Shown: positions 61,801-64,000 of the stretch, in pieces
How the letters are laid out: each line of letters starts with the position of its first letter
Position numbering within the stretch: position 1 is the first letter of the stretch
NCBI RefSeq assembly: GCF_018350175.1
Contig: NC_058368.1
Coordinates: 113,648,001 to 113,712,000 of the forward strand
Reading direction: 5' to 3'
DNA length: 64,000 nt
From: Felis catus
Taxonomy: Eukaryota
The notes under the pieces: generated by a model
What the model saw: the letters and a program-made list of their open reading frames with translations, nothing else
Database searches by the model: none
Told to the model about the DNA's origin: nothing
Position numbers and translations under genes: made by a program

Positions 61801-63084
61801 CATCAACCCATGCCTTGAGGATCCATGAAATTTCACCTCCCTGAGTAGGAAACCTGTTTTAGATTGTAATATAGATCTTAAAGAGACTAGAGCCAGAGAG
61901 TTTCTCATTTCCTTTAAACCATCTGCATCTAAAATGTTAGCAGCTGGTCATTGTATGTGTTCACATCAAACAGGGAAAAGCAGCAGGGAACTTGCTAAAT
62001 ACACAGTCAGTGAGGAAAGAAACTTCTAGAAATGCCTTCATTAATGAAGTGGCTTCTAGGGGACAGTCCCTTGAAATACCACCTTGTTGGTAATAAAACT
62101 CCCCTAACTGTGGAGTTAAGGGCAGGCAAGTGAGGGGTAAGATGTCAGTCATTCTCCACCACTGAAGTAGGAGATCCTGGGATGCCTAGGCTGTAAGTCA
62201 CATAAGTCACGGTGTGCTCTCGTGCTCGCGTCTTTGTTCTGCCTGGAGTCCGGGCTCTAATGAGGCTTTAGGAAAAGCAGAGCTGCCTTTTAAGAAAATT
62301 TCATCCTAACCTGGAAACAGCAAAACGGAGCCAAGGCTCACTTACTGGGACTAACAAGGCAGAGAGACAATAAATGTAACCCTCAAATAATTCAGAAACC
62401 TCTTCCTGCAAACCTCTCTGTGATCTAATAATAAAAACTACTACCGTTTTCTATAGCTTTTGATCACGCACAAAGCACTTTCACATCCCACAGTCTCTCA
62501 TGATTCTCAAACTCCCCGTGAGGCCATTGCTGGCATCATCAGCATTTTGCAGATGAAGAAATGAAATGGAGGTTCAGAGAGATGGGGGGAGAATGAGAAG
62601 CAACACTCTTGGCCTGCTGAGGTGATGAGCCCCCGCCGGGGCTGCTCTTCCTTGAGGCAGAGGCGAGGGGATGTGGGAGGTCCTACGGGGCCCTGCACTC
62701 AGCCCCCTATGCTAGGGCACCAGGAGTTTCATATCTAGGCTAGCCCTGAGCACTCACAGAAGACTTTGGTTTCTCTTAGTTTTCATTGGTGGAATTTGTT
62801 GTTTTAAACCTTCCTCCAGTGGTTAATTCCTCCAATGGCTCATTTCTTCTCAACAACCAGGATGCAGAAATGCTCAGAAGGCAGCAGCCATGTCCACTGT
62901 GACCTCCTGTTCCTCTGGCAGCAGTCAGAGCCTACTTCCTCTACCCAGTGAGATTGTTGGAGCCTCTGTGGCTTGATGCACACAAGGCTACAGCTCACAC
63001 ACCCTTGGGTGACAAAGGCCTCCTCATGTCAGACCCATTCTTCTGAGCCACAAGCACTGGGAAGCTGAAGGGACAAGGGGCAGA

Positions 63085-63310
63085 TTTGTGGTCAGACTGC
63101 CTGCCTCAGAACCCCGGCTCAGCTGCTTCCTAGCTGTATACCAGGGGAAGTTACTTAGGCAGAGCCTGAGTTTCCTCATCTGAAAAATGAGGATCGTAGT
63201 GGTGCCGACCTCACAAAGCTACTGTGTTAAATGAGAAAATACCTGCAAAGCACTTAGAAGAATGTCTACAATTGAAAAGCAAGTGCTTAATACGTGTTAA
63301 CTGTTGCTGC
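63085..63310 (+). mobile_element. MIR (further MIRs at ~28460-28600 -, 30100-30240 +, 50490-50670 +, 54545-54730 +, 62420-62620 -)
   Basis: AGTTTCCTCATCTGAAAAATGAGGAT..GCAAAGCACTTAGAA core. Confidence 0.85.
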
Positions 63311-63519
63311 TAATTGCTCTCATTTCAGATACAATACCCTTGAAAGTTTAAGAGTCCACAAAGGAGGAGGGATGGAAAGCAACATGTCCACATCTAACTT
63401 ACAATGCAGTGTGCTTAACAATATTTCAGCGAGATGAACCAAGCAGTTTAAGAGCCAAATACAAAACCCAAAACACCAAAGAGATAGAGAAAACTTCACT
63501 AGAACAGCAAGTTCAGTGA

Positions 63520-63830
63520 AGCGTCAAGGCCTTTGCATCTGCTGATCCTTTGGCTTGACAAGTTCCATGTTCTTTCCCCAAAAGGCTTCCCTGATCACCA
63601 GCTAATGAGACTTCCCTCTACCGCTCTATCACATCACCCTGTCTTCAAAGCAGTCATGACTCTCTGAAATGTTCTGATGTGTCCACTTGCTTACTGCCTA
63701 CTCCTTCACCAGAATACTAGCTGCACGTAGCCAAGAACTTGGCCTCTTTTGTTCACTATTGTTTCCTTGGGGTCTACAACAGGTCCTAACACATAGCAGA
63801 TGCACAAAGAACTGGCTGAATCTGTAACTG
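63520..63830 (+). mobile_element. L2 3' region
   Basis: GGCCTTTGCATCTGCTG..TTGTTCACTATTGT..AACACATAGCAGATGCAC. Confidence 0.7.
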
Positions 63831-64000
63831 GACACTGAACCAAGCCATGAAGAATGAATAGGAATTTTCCAGGCTGAGAAAAGATGTGCCAGGTAGAGAA
63901 CCATGACAGCAAATGTGTGCCCGGCCTGAAGTTCTGCCTATAACAGAAGACCCAGAGGACTCTCTAAGGTTGAGTTAGAAGATTTCCCGTGTCATGAGCT

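Larger units (their letters stand above)
59170..63500 (+). pseudogene. ABCA5/6-subfamily intronless fossil unit U6 (N-terminus to NBD1; probably continues right of window)
   Basis: TW..LF ~59211; PSSLTGAV 59850-59873 (cf. PSNFVGVV); FHPDL ~59907 (cf. FFPDM); VSS..DS ~59934-59953; MPSLMKWLL 62032-62058; VLPG..GL 62236-62257; MLGH 62709-62720 (Walker A1 start). Confidence 0.75.

Noticed and set aside
1..64000. Host gene identity, tRNA genes, CRISPR or other prokaryotic systems
   Set aside because: No spliced coding exon could be recognised. tRNA-like segments are Can-SINE heads. The sequence is mammalian with no repeat-spacer array.

Overview
Mammalian genomic DNA, almost certainly felid, judged from Felis-type Can-SINEs and carnivore L1s. 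I find no intact protein-coding gene or RNA gene. Roughly half the window is transposable elements: a near-full-length dead L1, 5'-truncated L1s (one with a 3' transduction), HAL1, about 14 Can-SINEs, MIR, L2, MaLR LTRs and hAT MITEs. The main observation concerns the apparently unique DNA between those repeats. Translated by eye on the + strand, allowing frameshifts, it reads as a head-to-tail array of extremely decayed, intronless copies of an ABCA5/6/8/9/10-subfamily ABC transporter CDS. There are five essentially complete units plus partial units at both window edges. Each keeps the TMD1-NBD1-TMD2-NBD2 motif order, and spacers between units are only tens of bp. Each unit is interrupted by its own MIR/L2/MaLR/MER insertions, so the array was amplified and dead very early, probably before the placental radiation. 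The protein matches are by-eye comparisons with remembered ABCA5/ABCA8 motifs and need a frameshift-aware alignment to confirm. Coordinates of old elements and unit borders are approximate (tens of bp).
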